A stretch of DNA of 64,000 nt, taken from the NCBI GenBank assembly GCA_965208675.1, contig OZ242351.1, forward strand, positions 4,736,001-4,800,000, read 5' to 3'. Below, piece after piece: positions 38,045 to 48,239 of this stretch. This DNA is from Candidatus Poribacteria bacterium. Its GTDB lineage: Bacteria; Poribacteria; WGA-4E; PCPOR2b. How positions within the stretch are numbered: the first letter of the stretch is position 1; each line of letters opens with the position of its first letter. The position numbers and the translations under genes are program-made. Under the pieces are notes generated by a model. The model saw only the letters and a list, made by a program, of their open reading frames with translations, had not been told where the DNA came from and did no database searches.

Positions 38045-38965
38045 ATGCAATACGATAAAGCGAATCGAACATTTGATTGCGAACCCACCCTCACCGACAC
38101 ACAAATTCTAGACTTTTGTAAGAATGGTTACATCATCTTGGAAGGTGTTGTCGATGAAGAAACGAACCAACGAACATGTGATTACTTGGAAGGAAGGCTG
38201 CCTGCTAACCCCAGTTACATTCCGAAAGGACTTACAACTGCAGATTTAGAACGGATTCGTAACTCTCACGAACCCAGCACAATTTTTCTTGAGGATTGGT
38301 TCGTTGAAAACACCCTTCTCAACCGTGAAGTCTGCGGCGCCCTCCGATCATTGCTCGGTAAAAACGTCGGGCTTCCGGTATTGGTTAGTCATCACCGCGC
38401 TCAATGCCCCTCGCCTCCACAAGGGTGGCATCATGATGCCGACCATGTGTTTGGACCAGAACTAAATTTTGTTGAAGTGTTCTATTATCCTCAGGACACC
38501 CCAGAAGAATTAGGACCAACTGAAATTGTGCCTGGGTCGCACATTCAACCCACGCATAGAGGGCCTGAAGACAGAGGGGTTCTATCCTCTGGTCCTGCTG
38601 GTTCACTTATCATCCACCATCAATGTATTCTTCACCGTAAAGGCCCGTCCACCGCTACAGGAACGCGCCACATGCTAAAATACAACTGTTGGCGCACCTC
38701 TGCACCAGATAGGGATTGGATTGTTGAACCCGAATTTGACTTACACACTACCTATTACGGCGGACACACTACGGCTAGATATGTTGCCCATATGTTCTAC
38801 TGGTTGTGCGGCAAAGGAGATGAATTTCGGGTAATCGGCGGACAAGGGTGGCCGTGGTCAACGAATAACCAAATCGGCCCGTCCTATGGATATGGGAAGT
38901 CGGAAGGTTATATTCCGAACTGGCGTTACAATAACGGTGACGGCTACGCGGACGCTCCAAACTAG
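38045..38965 (+). CDS. PhyH family dioxygenase
   Basis: NGYIILEGVV, WHHDAD, YYPQDT..ELGPT.IVPGSH, ILHR. Confidence 0.88.
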   Translation: MQYDKANRTFDCEPTLTDTQILDFCKNGYIILEGVVDEETNQRTCDYLEGRLPANPSYIPKGLTTADLERIRNSHEPSTIFLEDWFVENTLLNREVCGALRSLLGKNVGLPVLVSHHRAQCPSPPQGWHHDADHVFGPELNFVEVFYYPQDTPEELGPTEIVPGSHIQPTHRGPEDRGVLSSGPAGSLIIHHQCILHRKGPSTATGTRHMLKYNCWRTSAPDRDWIVEPEFDLHTTYYGGHTTARYVAHMFYWLCGKGDEFRVIGGQGWPWSTNNQIGPSYGYGKSEGYIPNWRYNNGDGYADAPN

Positions 38966-39058
38966 GAAACGCGCAGACTGGTCGGACTAGTCATGGTATG
39001 GCCTTTGTATTGGTGCCAGAAGCACGGCGAGCAAGGCTAACCTAGCGAGAATTGTCAA

Positions 39059-39925
39059 GTGCACCGAGTATTCATCGGTGTCGATGCAAATGACTATAAG
39101 GGAAAAATTCTGAGGCTCGCTGAACACATAAAAAGAGTTTTAATCTACACGGCGCTGTTGACCGTTTCGATGTGGGCTTTTTCTCTTGGCGCTGCGGCGT
39201 TAATTGACCGAGACGCCCTTGTAGTTGCGCTGCCATTTGACGAAGGTGTGGGCGATGAGGCTAAAGACGTTTCGCCGCATGGGAACCACGCGGTCCTAGT
39301 GGAAGGCGCCAGATGGGGTAACGGGAAGTTCGGAAAGTGCCTGAAGGTGAAAGAACCCGCTCGCGCAGAGGTCGCGAACAGTGAAAGCTTCCACTTGCAT
39401 GGCACTGACTTTACGTTGGCAATGTGGATGAATTTTTCCAACGAACCCGGCGTGTTTGGTTTAATCGGACACGATGATGGCGGTGCAGCGCAGTCGAAGA
39501 AGGCAGTCTGGGAATTTTTAGGCGGTACGCTCGTGTTCCACATCAATCGAGCGGACAATAATGTCGACTGGCTGCGTTCTGAGTTTATTGGGACTCCTGA
39601 GCTTAACCGGTGGTACCACGCCGCACTTGTCAGGAAGGGAAAACAGTACACACATTATCTCGACGGTGAACTGTTTGGTGAACAGACGGCAAAGGAGGAA
39701 ATTCCCGAGGGAATCAACAACCCACTCACCATCGGCATGACAGAGCACTACCTATTTTTCGACGGACTTATCGATGAAGCGGTCGTTGCGCACCAGGCGT
39801 GGACCCACCCGGACGTGCTGAAGCATTACAATGGCGGCATTCAGGGCATATTGCCAGTTGAACCTGGCGCGAAGTTGGCGGTAGCGTGGGGCGGCTTAAA
39901 GACAAACCGTTCGTTCCGTAATTGA
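39059..39925 (+). CDS. Secreted LamG-like (concanavalin A-like) domain protein; true start probably downstream of 39059
   Basis: FDEG.G..AKD.S..GN, GKFG, FTLAMW, WYHAALV, YLDG, FDGLIDE; C-terminal LPVEPGAKLAVAWGGLK. Confidence 0.85.
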   Translation: MHRVFIGVDANDYKGKILRLAEHIKRVLIYTALLTVSMWAFSLGAAALIDRDALVVALPFDEGVGDEAKDVSPHGNHAVLVEGARWGNGKFGKCLKVKEPARAEVANSESFHLHGTDFTLAMWMNFSNEPGVFGLIGHDDGGAAQSKKAVWEFLGGTLVFHINRADNNVDWLRSEFIGTPELNRWYHAALVRKGKQYTHYLDGELFGEQTAKEEIPEGINNPLTIGMTEHYLFFDGLIDEAVVAHQAWTHPDVLKHYNGGIQGILPVEPGAKLAVAWGGLKTNRSFRN

Positions 39926-40368
39926 GTTAATCCTTGCCTCATATGGTGATTTTTTCCAATCGTCCATTTCGCTGAATTTCCAAATACGACCAAATCCTTG
40001 CACGTGGTTTTACCTTGAAACACGTATCCGCCAATCCCTTGTAATATAAGAACAAACAGGATAAATTGCGCATTCTGCATAGTGATGAGTCTAGGATGTA
40101 GATCATTGGTTTGAAACTTAACCGTGCGACTGGAAAGCCCAAACCTGTCTAAATTAGTAATTACCCGGGCAAATATCCGTCTATCCTGAATTTCGAAGCC
40201 ACCGGGCGTCCGAATCCCGTCTACGGCCCGAATACGTGAGATGCCATTCTTCTTTTGGGGTCTTGGCGGCATGCGGAATGCTGCCATTCCATGCGTCCAT
40301 TTTCAATTTCCTGTTCTATTATCAACCGGTTTAAACCATCGTAGGTCGAAAACACAAGGCCGTGTCAG

Positions 40369-41103
40369 ATGCTTGATCATGTAGTATTAGAGAATCTACT
40401 CTTAATAGACGTTGAGACTGCTCCGGTTGAACCAAAATTGGAATCTTTGCCGAAGGCAATGCAGGTTGCATGGGAGTCGAAGGCGAGTAAACACCGCAAG
40501 GATGATGTGGCGCCGCAAGATTACTTCTTCGAACGAGCAGCCATATTTGCGGAATTTGGGAGAATTGTGTGTATTTCAGTCGGTTATTTCTTAAAGGACA
40601 ACGAAAGTGCTGATAAGTTAAACTTTCGTATTAAATCGTTCTCAGGCCGCGAAGAAAGACCGATATTGGATGGATTCACGGAGCTACTTAACCATCCGCA
40701 TTTTAATAAACCGGAAATCCGTTTGGCTGGCCATAACATCAAAGAGTTTGATGTTCCCTATATCTGCCGCAGGGCTTTGGTAAATGGATTAATGCTTCCC
40801 AAGATTTTGGATATTTCAGGGCGAAAGCCTTGGGAGACCAACCTTGTAGATACCATGAACCTGTGGAAGTTCGGGGACTATAAGAACTACACTTCTCTCG
40901 CCTTGCTCACTTCCCTATTTGGTCTACCCACCCCTAAAGATGATATTGATGGGAGCGAGGTAGGAGCGGTCTTTTGGCACGAAGATGATGTGGATCGAAT
41001 CACCCGGTACTGCCAGAAGGACGTGCTCGCGGTTGCGCAGCTCTTGCTTCGCTTCAAAGGCGTGCCGGCACTGGAAAACGAGGATGTTACGATTGGGGAT
41101 TAA
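40369..41103 (+). CDS. Stand-alone PolB-related 3'-5' exonuclease (DEDDy)
   Basis: ExoI IDVET, ExoII GHNIKEFDVPY, ExoIII YCQKDV. Confidence 0.85.
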   Translation: MLDHVVLENLLLIDVETAPVEPKLESLPKAMQVAWESKASKHRKDDVAPQDYFFERAAIFAEFGRIVCISVGYFLKDNESADKLNFRIKSFSGREERPILDGFTELLNHPHFNKPEIRLAGHNIKEFDVPYICRRALVNGLMLPKILDISGRKPWETNLVDTMNLWKFGDYKNYTSLALLTSLFGLPTPKDDIDGSEVGAVFWHEDDVDRITRYCQKDVLAVAQLLLRFKGVPALENEDVTIGD

Positions 41104-41321
41104 CGAATTGCATCAAGTATTACCCCCATCGAGCAGGTGGAAAGTTTTTAACCAATTTCTGTTCAAACTATTGGCGAGGAGCCTGATAAAACGTTTTATT
41201 GAGTGATAGCGCATCGGCTTAAAGTTTGGGAAATGATAGGATTGCCAGATGCCTACCTTAATACAACAAATTGTTGACAGATCGCCGCACATGTATGTGA
41301 GAAAGATGGAGGGCCTCCACG

Positions 41322-42245
41322 ATGAAATACGATAAAACCAATAGGACGTTTGACTGCGAACCCACCCTTAACGACACGCAAGTTTTGGAATTTTGCAAAA
41401 ATGGGTTTTTAATTTTGGAGGGTGTTGTCCAAGATGACATAAATCAGCGTACTTGCGATTACCTGGACGGAAAAATTCCGGCTGAACCCAGTTATATTCC
41501 CGAAGGACTCACGCATGAGGATTTAGAGCGAATTCGTAATTCGCATGAACCCAGCACAATCTTCCTTGAAGACTGGTTTGTCGAGCATGTTGTGCTCAAT
41601 CTTCAGGTCGCGGGGGTTGTACGGTCGCTCCTCGGAAGGAACGTCGGGTTGCCCGTGCTGATGAGTCTTCATCGTGCTGAATGTCCAGGTCCAGCGCAGG
41701 GGTGGCATCATGATGCAGACCACGTATTTGGGCCTGAGGTTCGTTTTATTCAGGCATTTTACTACCCGCAGGACACGCCATTGGAGATGGGCCCTACGGA
41801 GATTGTACCGGGATCGCACATTCGCCCTACCCACCGTGAGGCGGGAGAGAAAGGCCTTTCAACTAGCGCCCCCGCCGGTTCGTTTGTCATCCACTTTTTT
41901 CAGATCCTTCATCGCCGCGCCGAAGCCACTGGCGAAGGGGTTCGGCATATGCTGAAATATAACTATTGGCGTACAGTGCCGCCGCACAGAGATTGGATTG
42001 TTGAACCGGACTTTAACTTTCATACTGCCGACTATGGGAGCCATGGTATTGCCAGATACATTGCGCACATGTTCTATTGGCTTTGCGGAAAAGCCGACGA
42101 ATTTCGGATAATTGGAGGTCAGGCGTGGCCGTATTCAGGTTCAAGCATGAACCAGATTGGGAAAACCTATGGATTCGGCGAACCGGAGGGTTTTATTCCA
42201 AACTGGCGGCACAATAACGCCGACAATTACTCAATACCATCATGA
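41322..42245 (+). CDS. PhyH family dioxygenase, close paralogue of 38045..38965
   Basis: Collinear with 38045..38965; long identical stretches such as DLERIRNSHEPSTIFLEDWFVE and GWHHDADHVFGPE. Confidence 0.88.
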   Translation: MKYDKTNRTFDCEPTLNDTQVLEFCKNGFLILEGVVQDDINQRTCDYLDGKIPAEPSYIPEGLTHEDLERIRNSHEPSTIFLEDWFVEHVVLNLQVAGVVRSLLGRNVGLPVLMSLHRAECPGPAQGWHHDADHVFGPEVRFIQAFYYPQDTPLEMGPTEIVPGSHIRPTHREAGEKGLSTSAPAGSFVIHFFQILHRRAEATGEGVRHMLKYNYWRTVPPHRDWIVEPDFNFHTADYGSHGIARYIAHMFYWLCGKADEFRIIGGQAWPYSGSSMNQIGKTYGFGEPEGFIPNWRHNNADNYSIPS

Positions 42246-42258
42246 AAGGTTGGGGTCA

Positions 42259-44361
42259 ATGCAGGAATTGAGCAATAAGGAGTTCCACGTCGCTGTGGAT
42301 GGCGATAATACTAATCCGGGTACGCGGGAAAAGCCTTTTGCGACACTGCACCGCGCACGTGATGCGGTGCGTGAGTTCAAACAGGATTGCGGCTTGACCA
42401 CGGCTGTGACTGTGGTGGTGCGCGGAGGCAAGTATTATCTGGACAGCCCATTGGTTTTAACCGAACAGGACAGCGGCAGTCGAGAGTTTCCGGTTATCTA
42501 CACCAGCCACGCGGGCGAAGAGGCAGTTATTAGCGGAGGCGTGAAACTCACCGGCTGGGAGAAACATCAGGATAGTATTTTTAAGGCGAAACTCCCGCCG
42601 GGCAGTTGGAGCGTGAGTAAAAGCCGGCAGTTAACGTATAATGGTGAATTGCAGGTCCGAGCGCGTTGGCCCAATTTCGACGCGAATACAAACCCAGTCA
42701 TTGGTGCATATTTGAACATCGAGGATGCAGCAGAACCGGGCAGCGACACTTCTTTCAGATTTGCGCAGGGCGCGCTTCCCCGTGGGTGGAAGAAACCTCA
42801 ACTGGCGGAAGCGCTTGTTACGGTTGCGGGCGGATGGAGTACGAACGTCGTACCTGTTGAATCGGTGGACCGTGAAAATAGCATCATACGATTGCAACGG
42901 CGGACATGGCATAGCGAGAACGACAATTTCGTGCGATACCGTCACATGCCATTTCGAAATCGAGGGGAAGGTGACGCGCCGTTCGTGATGGAGAATATCT
43001 TAGAGGAGTTAGATACTCCTGGCGAATGGTGCCTCGATACTGAAGATAGGGTTGTCTATTTCCGGCCGCCTACACCGTTGTCGCCGGAGAGTGATGTTGT
43101 GCTGCCGCGCCTTGACAATTTAGTCGATAATCAGGGTGCTTCGTACGTTTCGTTATCCGGCTTTACATTTACCGAGACCACCAGCGGCGACAATTATCAT
43201 CGATCGGGCCTCGACGGTTACGGAGCCATGTTTCCGGTCAAAGGTTGGGACTACTGTGGTGAGGCGATTCATTTGAAGGACGCATCGTATTGTGTTATTG
43301 AAGACTGCCGTTTTTATGCCTTGGGCGGCAACGCAGTTTACTTAGAAGGCGACAACCTAAAGAACCAGATTGGACACAACGAATTCAACTATATCGGAGC
43401 CAATGGTGTAGCTCTTTTAGGAACTGCCGAGTCGCATCCCATTTCCAACAAGGTCGTCAATAACCACTTCGACCGAACGGGATGTATACTACATTACACA
43501 GCCGCCGTTTTTGCGGGGTTAAGCAATGGAAACTGGATTGCCCATAATGAAATCCATGACGTTCCGCATCACGGAGTAAATCTTGCCACGAATGGCCATG
43601 GCCGCAATCTGTTAGAATACAACGACATTCGCCGCACATGCTTAGTCCTGCACGACACTGGCGCTGTCAATATGTGGATGGATCCCTATGAAATCGGCGA
43701 TGATGGACGAGTTTATGTGCTCAACAGGACCGATCGCGCGGGGCACATTCTACGGTACAATTACATCACGGATACCGTGCAAGGGTTTTACTTGGATGAC
43801 TGGGCGAGCAACTGCCTGGTGTACGGAAACATTTTTGCCCACGTGTGGAATGGCGTGACCATCCACGGCGGAAAAAATAATCTGATAGAAAATAATATCT
43901 TCTATGATAGTGCGTGCATGGTCTACATAGCCAATGATTTGACTCATCGTCCTGAGGAAAGCGCAAAAGAGATGTGGGGCTTCTGTGTAGGAAATCGCGC
44001 ACGGAACAACGTATATCACTCGGGGAAAGGAAATTTGTGGTGGCTGTATACCGACGACAAAGAGTTCGGTCTACTCGACGATAAACGCATCGCCGAGTCA
44101 GAGGGAAATGTGTACTACATGACGCATGAGAATTACCAGATAGGGGAAACTTGGATGGAAAGACCCATGGTAGTGTACACCTTCGATGAATGGCAAAAAA
44201 TGGGTTACGACACTACTTCGGAGATTGCCGATCCGATGCTGATAGACCCTGAAGACGAAAACTTCAACTTACATCCGGACTCACCGGCATTGAAACTCGG
44301 ATTCCAACCTATTGACGCAAGCAGAATCGGCATTCAGTCCAAGGCCAAATCGGATCGATAA
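42259..44361 (+). CDS. Right-handed parallel beta-helix protein (pectin-lyase-like fold, putative glycan-active)
   Basis: HVAVDGDN.NPGT.EKPFATL.RARDAVR, RGGKY.L, RARWPN, ELDTPGEW, DTGAV, GFYLDD..SN. Start moved to ATG 42259 to avoid overlap. Confidence 0.8.
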   Translation: MQELSNKEFHVAVDGDNTNPGTREKPFATLHRARDAVREFKQDCGLTTAVTVVVRGGKYYLDSPLVLTEQDSGSREFPVIYTSHAGEEAVISGGVKLTGWEKHQDSIFKAKLPPGSWSVSKSRQLTYNGELQVRARWPNFDANTNPVIGAYLNIEDAAEPGSDTSFRFAQGALPRGWKKPQLAEALVTVAGGWSTNVVPVESVDRENSIIRLQRRTWHSENDNFVRYRHMPFRNRGEGDAPFVMENILEELDTPGEWCLDTEDRVVYFRPPTPLSPESDVVLPRLDNLVDNQGASYVSLSGFTFTETTSGDNYHRSGLDGYGAMFPVKGWDYCGEAIHLKDASYCVIEDCRFYALGGNAVYLEGDNLKNQIGHNEFNYIGANGVALLGTAESHPISNKVVNNHFDRTGCILHYTAAVFAGLSNGNWIAHNEIHDVPHHGVNLATNGHGRNLLEYNDIRRTCLVLHDTGAVNMWMDPYEIGDDGRVYVLNRTDRAGHILRYNYITDTVQGFYLDDWASNCLVYGNIFAHVWNGVTIHGGKNNLIENNIFYDSACMVYIANDLTHRPEESAKEMWGFCVGNRARNNVYHSGKGNLWWLYTDDKEFGLLDDKRIAESEGNVYYMTHENYQIGETWMERPMVVYTFDEWQKMGYDTTSEIADPMLIDPEDENFNLHPDSPALKLGFQPIDASRIGIQSKAKSDR

Positions 44362-44498
44362 TACTTTTTACAGGATAGGCAGCCATCTTTAGGATATTTT
44401 GTCGTGGTTCGCTCGGGACGAGATGTTTCATTGAAGATTGGTTTATGCGACTGCCACCCAAGCAGTCGTGCGCAATGCTCCCAGATTGATGGTTAATC

Positions 44499-45770
44499 TT
44501 ATGAGCCTGATAGCGTGCGCGCCGACGCGTGCGGCATCATCATGAGGGTCGCATAAATTTTTGCAACTGTGACAAGATCGGTGATACTCACCCGTTCATC
44601 TACGCCATGAGCACTTTTACCGTCAACGCCGTATCCTACTCCTGGTAGACCACCATCGACCACGAAAAAGTGAAGATCTGTGAATCCGCTTGTAGCACTA
44701 AAGCTAGGGGGCCGTTCGCGAACGACTCGCACGGCTTCGCCGAAGGCTTGCACGAATGGGTGCCCCACGTCTACGATGCAAGGTGCAATAGAGAGGATTG
44801 TGTTGACATCTACTCTTAACTCCGAATCCGAGGTGCAAATTTCCTTAATGATTTCCCGAATTTCTTGTTCAACTTCTTCAAGGTTTTCCGAAGGAATGAC
44901 GCGCCGGTCAATAGAGAAGGTGGCTTGCGCCGGAACCGTATTCACTTTATCTCCATCGGTGCCGTGAAAGACGCCACCGATACTAATCGTCGGACGCCGA
45001 TGCTGTCCCGAGTCTGTTTCAAAAACGCGCTCGGGCGGCGCTAAACGCTCTTTTTGGAGTTGAAGCGCCGAAACGAGTGATACCATTTTCTCGAACGCAT
45101 TCAAACCCTTTTCCGGCTGAGACGCGTGTGCTGCCACACCGTGAACTGTCACGTTTATCCAAATGACGCCGTTGTGGCCGACACCCACATTCAAGAGGGA
45201 ACCCCCTTCGCAGTTGACGACATAATCCGCCTGAATCATCCGATTTTGAACTAAATAACCTGCGCCGAGTTCCCCTCCGATTTCCTCATCGCAGGTGAAG
45301 GAACATTCAATGTTGAAGACAGGTCGAAGGTTGTTCTCCCGAATGGACGAAATCGCAAATAACAAAGCAGCAACTGAATCCTTCATGTCGTCGGCACCTC
45401 TGCCATAGAGCCATTCATCTTCGATTTCAGGTGCAAACGGCGGAAACCGCCAATTCCCAGCAACTGGAACGACATCGTAGTGGGCGTTGAAATGAATCGT
45501 TTTATTTGCGCCAACATCCCATCGGGCGATTAAGTTGAGACGCGGATAAGCGTCTGCATGGGGCAATACACTAAGCGTTTCTGATTCTGGTACTGGAATA
45601 ACCATTGTGTGAAGACCAAGCCCTTCACACCGCTTTTTGAGCAGATTGACCATTTCCACATAATTTCTGCCCGGTGGATTAGTGGTGTCCACTGCAACTA
45701 ACTCTTTCAGAAGATTGCCTAACCTCGTGCGACTTTGTTCAATTGTCCGATATACTTTTTCCACCGTCAT
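44499..45770 (-). CDS. M20 family ArgE/DapE-like metallopeptidase/deacylase
   Basis: NAHYDVVP, YGRGADDMK, DEEIGG, HASQP, NTVPA, AHGVDE. Confidence 0.9.
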   Translation of the reverse strand: MTVEKVYRTIEQSRTRLGNLLKELVAVDTTNPPGRNYVEMVNLLKKRCEGLGLHTMVIPVPESETLSVLPHADAYPRLNLIARWDVGANKTIHFNAHYDVVPVAGNWRFPPFAPEIEDEWLYGRGADDMKDSVAALLFAISSIRENNLRPVFNIECSFTCDEEIGGELGAGYLVQNRMIQADYVVNCEGGSLLNVGVGHNGVIWINVTVHGVAAHASQPEKGLNAFEKMVSLVSALQLQKERLAPPERVFETDSGQHRRPTISIGGVFHGTDGDKVNTVPAQATFSIDRRVIPSENLEEVEQEIREIIKEICTSDSELRVDVNTILSIAPCIVDVGHPFVQAFGEAVRVVRERPPSFSATSGFTDLHFFVVDGGLPGVGYGVDGKSAHGVDERVSITDLVTVAKIYATLMMMPHASARTLSGS

Positions 45771-45830
45771 TTCATCCTTTAATTGAGTGGAGTGCGTGTG
45801 TAGTATTCATTTAACTTTCGAAAGAATCCC

Positions 45831-46583
45831 GTGCCCTATTCCAAAGAATTCTTCGCGCTTCAACTATCCTGTGCGCACAAGCTCGCTAACAGATTTCGGC
45901 GAAATTTGGATGATATTCTGTACGATTACACCACATTTGCCAGAAGTATTGAGTTAACACCCGAAAGACCGTACGATCAGTCGAATCCTGTTTGGAAAGG
46001 CTATATTGAAGGACTACGTAGAGCGGTAGACGACGCAGAATGGACGCACTATTATTACTCGAACCATTGCGCCAAAGACCCGACATCCACGGACGAGGCG
46101 TTCAATGGTAACATGTTATTTGGTTCTTTCTATTTCGTTCTCCGTGACAATCGAGTTGTCAGGCCGCATTTCATAAAGTTGGGAGATGATACATCTCCGA
46201 ATAGCCCCATCAGCAAGGAGAGATTAGCTGAAAGTCTAGCGAATTTGACGAGTATGTTCCAATATATCAAGGACAATGTCAGTGGGGCAAAAACGGTTAA
46301 AGGCAACACCTGGTTATACAATTTGGAGGCATACAAAAGGCTTTTTCCGCCAGAATACACGGCACAGATGGTAGCGAATGAATCGCGCGAATTCCAATTC
46401 TTGTCGTTGTGGGGCCAGTTTTTTGATAGAAATTGGCAGGTCAAAAACTTGCTCGCAAACGAATTACTCAACCGAATAGATGCGCTGAACAGTTTGGCAA
46501 ACCTAAGGTTCTGCTTTCCGTACCAATCGTTGATGCCTGAGTTGAATATTCAGGCATTTTATGATTTCTATGGAATTAGTTGA
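45831..46583 (+). CDS. Hypothetical protein (250 aa)
   Basis: Long AT-richer ORF, divergent from the M20 gene; no family recognised. Confidence 0.7.
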   Translation: MPYSKEFFALQLSCAHKLANRFRRNLDDILYDYTTFARSIELTPERPYDQSNPVWKGYIEGLRRAVDDAEWTHYYYSNHCAKDPTSTDEAFNGNMLFGSFYFVLRDNRVVRPHFIKLGDDTSPNSPISKERLAESLANLTSMFQYIKDNVSGAKTVKGNTWLYNLEAYKRLFPPEYTAQMVANESREFQFLSLWGQFFDRNWQVKNLLANELLNRIDALNSLANLRFCFPYQSLMPELNIQAFYDFYGIS

Positions 46584-46694
46584 CGGCAGCGAACCGGAAA
46601 CGCCGTGACGGCATCGGTTGCGTAACTGTGTCACGGACGATGGCACATTGCGTTAGCATGTATGCGGCGAGCGAGTCAACTAACTTTGATTTAA

Positions 46695-46860
46695 TGTAAG
46701 TTCGCCGTCTTGCCCGACCTCTGTTTTGGCATCATTTTCATCACGGCGTAAACCTTGGCCAACGGTAATACGTATTACCAGTGGTTTGAATCAAAATTAA
46801 CTATGGGGAAATTTCTCCTCTGTGCAAAGGTGTCAGCTACGATTTCGCGCTGAAATCGCG
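46695..46860 (-). mobile_element. Possible decayed IS3-family fragment
   Basis: Minus strand reads ...TGNTYYRW, then frameshifted KVYAVMK/NDAK, reminiscent of IS3 OrfA (TYYRW..xYGGM). Very short and speculative. Confidence 0.25.
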
Positions 46861-47317
46861 TTCTCTCCTACATTTGCTTGTGCGCGATTTTGAACATATT
46901 ATATGGTCAGGTTACGAAAAACGTCTATTCCTTTCTCGAAAAGCGGCTCATGTAAAATGTGAGTGCGGACATCCAAGAAATCTGCTATACTCTCGGGAAT
47001 GAATTTTCCAATTCTCGATTTAGTTGATGATGACCTTGTAATCGACTAATCGCTCAATCACTTCCACTCCCACGGCTTGAAATGTTTGCACAAAGGCTTG
47101 TGAACAAACGCCCGCAACTTTCGCCGCTCCTTACGCGTGGTTCGCAAGAAGTAATTGAGCGCTTATATAATGGTGTGTAAGTGTTTAATAATGCTCGGAG
47201 GTATCTCCTTTAACTTTATCTTGCTATTAACGTCATGCACCGTTCTCAACATGACACCAACCGAAGCCCGGAGCCATTCGTACAAAGTCAAGTTTGGAAT
47301 TCTAACAATTCTTTTCG

Positions 47318-47662
47318 TCAATCAGATAGTTGAGTACGCTTCCCTTCGAAGGCACTCCCGTGAATAACGACATACAGGGTTCCCGCCGCGTAGACCAACA
47401 GTCTTAAGTCGAGTTCACCATGAAGAAGGTGAACCGAAAAGGCCACGGCGAAAACTAAAATCAGGACCAAACCACCTAAACGAATGGTCTTTGGAATCAT
47501 AAAGACCATTACGGCTATTGACTCGACGATGGCTAAAATAAGTAAGGCTTGATTGTCTGTACTAAGAGCGTGTTTCACCCCCGAGACACTTTGAAGCAAT
47601 ACGACGATAGCCAAGGTGAAATGGAATCCAATAAAAGCGCTGCGAATCATCTTGTGATTCAT
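47318..47662 (-). CDS. Small four-TM membrane protein (DoxX-like)
   Basis: Hydrophobic ORF; start set at ATG 47662 behind GAGGA. Confidence 0.65.
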   Translation of the reverse strand: MNHKMIRSAFIGFHFTLAIVVLLQSVSGVKHALSTDNQALLILAIVESIAVMVFMIPKTIRLGGLVLILVFAVAFSVHLLHGELDLRLLVYAAGTLYVVIHGSAFEGKRTQLSD

Positions 47663-48210
47663 GTACTTCCTCTGTAATGTATGTTGCGTTGCAACGGAAT
47701 ACAAAATGTCATTGGGGGCTTAGACTTGACCATAAGCGTGAGAAATTGTGTGGGGCACTGAATTAAAAGTTCTCTGGAGTTACTTGTAAAATTCCCCGGG
47801 TCTTCTACCGAATTCATGGGGCAAATCAAAATTAAAAGCACAATAGGCGTAACACCAAATTCATTGTCACCGACCATCAGATGTGCGAAAATGCCAGAGT
47901 GAAACCAAAGAAAAAACCAGCATACGCCCGCTCATTTAGGAATTCAGACTTTTTAGTAACGATTAGGTATAACGCCAAGAACTTTTGCAATGGCTAATGG
48001 ATACATCAGGCAGGTAGGTTACCCTGATCTAGATAACGTCTCGTTAACCCTTATGAATTAGAGTTATTATTGGGAAGACCGTACCCATTAGGGTAACACA
48101 TTTCCCAAACCGTTGCACTCTTTTTTACATGAGTTTCTGAAATCCTGGAACAGCATTTTGCCCGGTTTCTGTACCTGAATGGCTGCTATTCTATCAATCT
48201 TCAAAAACTC

Positions 48211-48239
48211 TTGACAAGCATTCGATCAGGTGCTATGCT
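48211..48239 (+). promoter_or_regulatory. Near-consensus sigma70 promoter
   Basis: TTGACA-17 nt-TATGCT with an extended -10 TG. Confidence 0.6.

Noticed and set aside
39841-40287. 148-aa minus-strand ORF
   Set aside because: Overlaps the LamG 3' end, lacks an RBS and has no recognisable motif.
40369-41103. Exonuclease as part of an anti-phage or mobile system
   Set aside because: Stand-alone gene with no partner defence, integrase or phage genes nearby.
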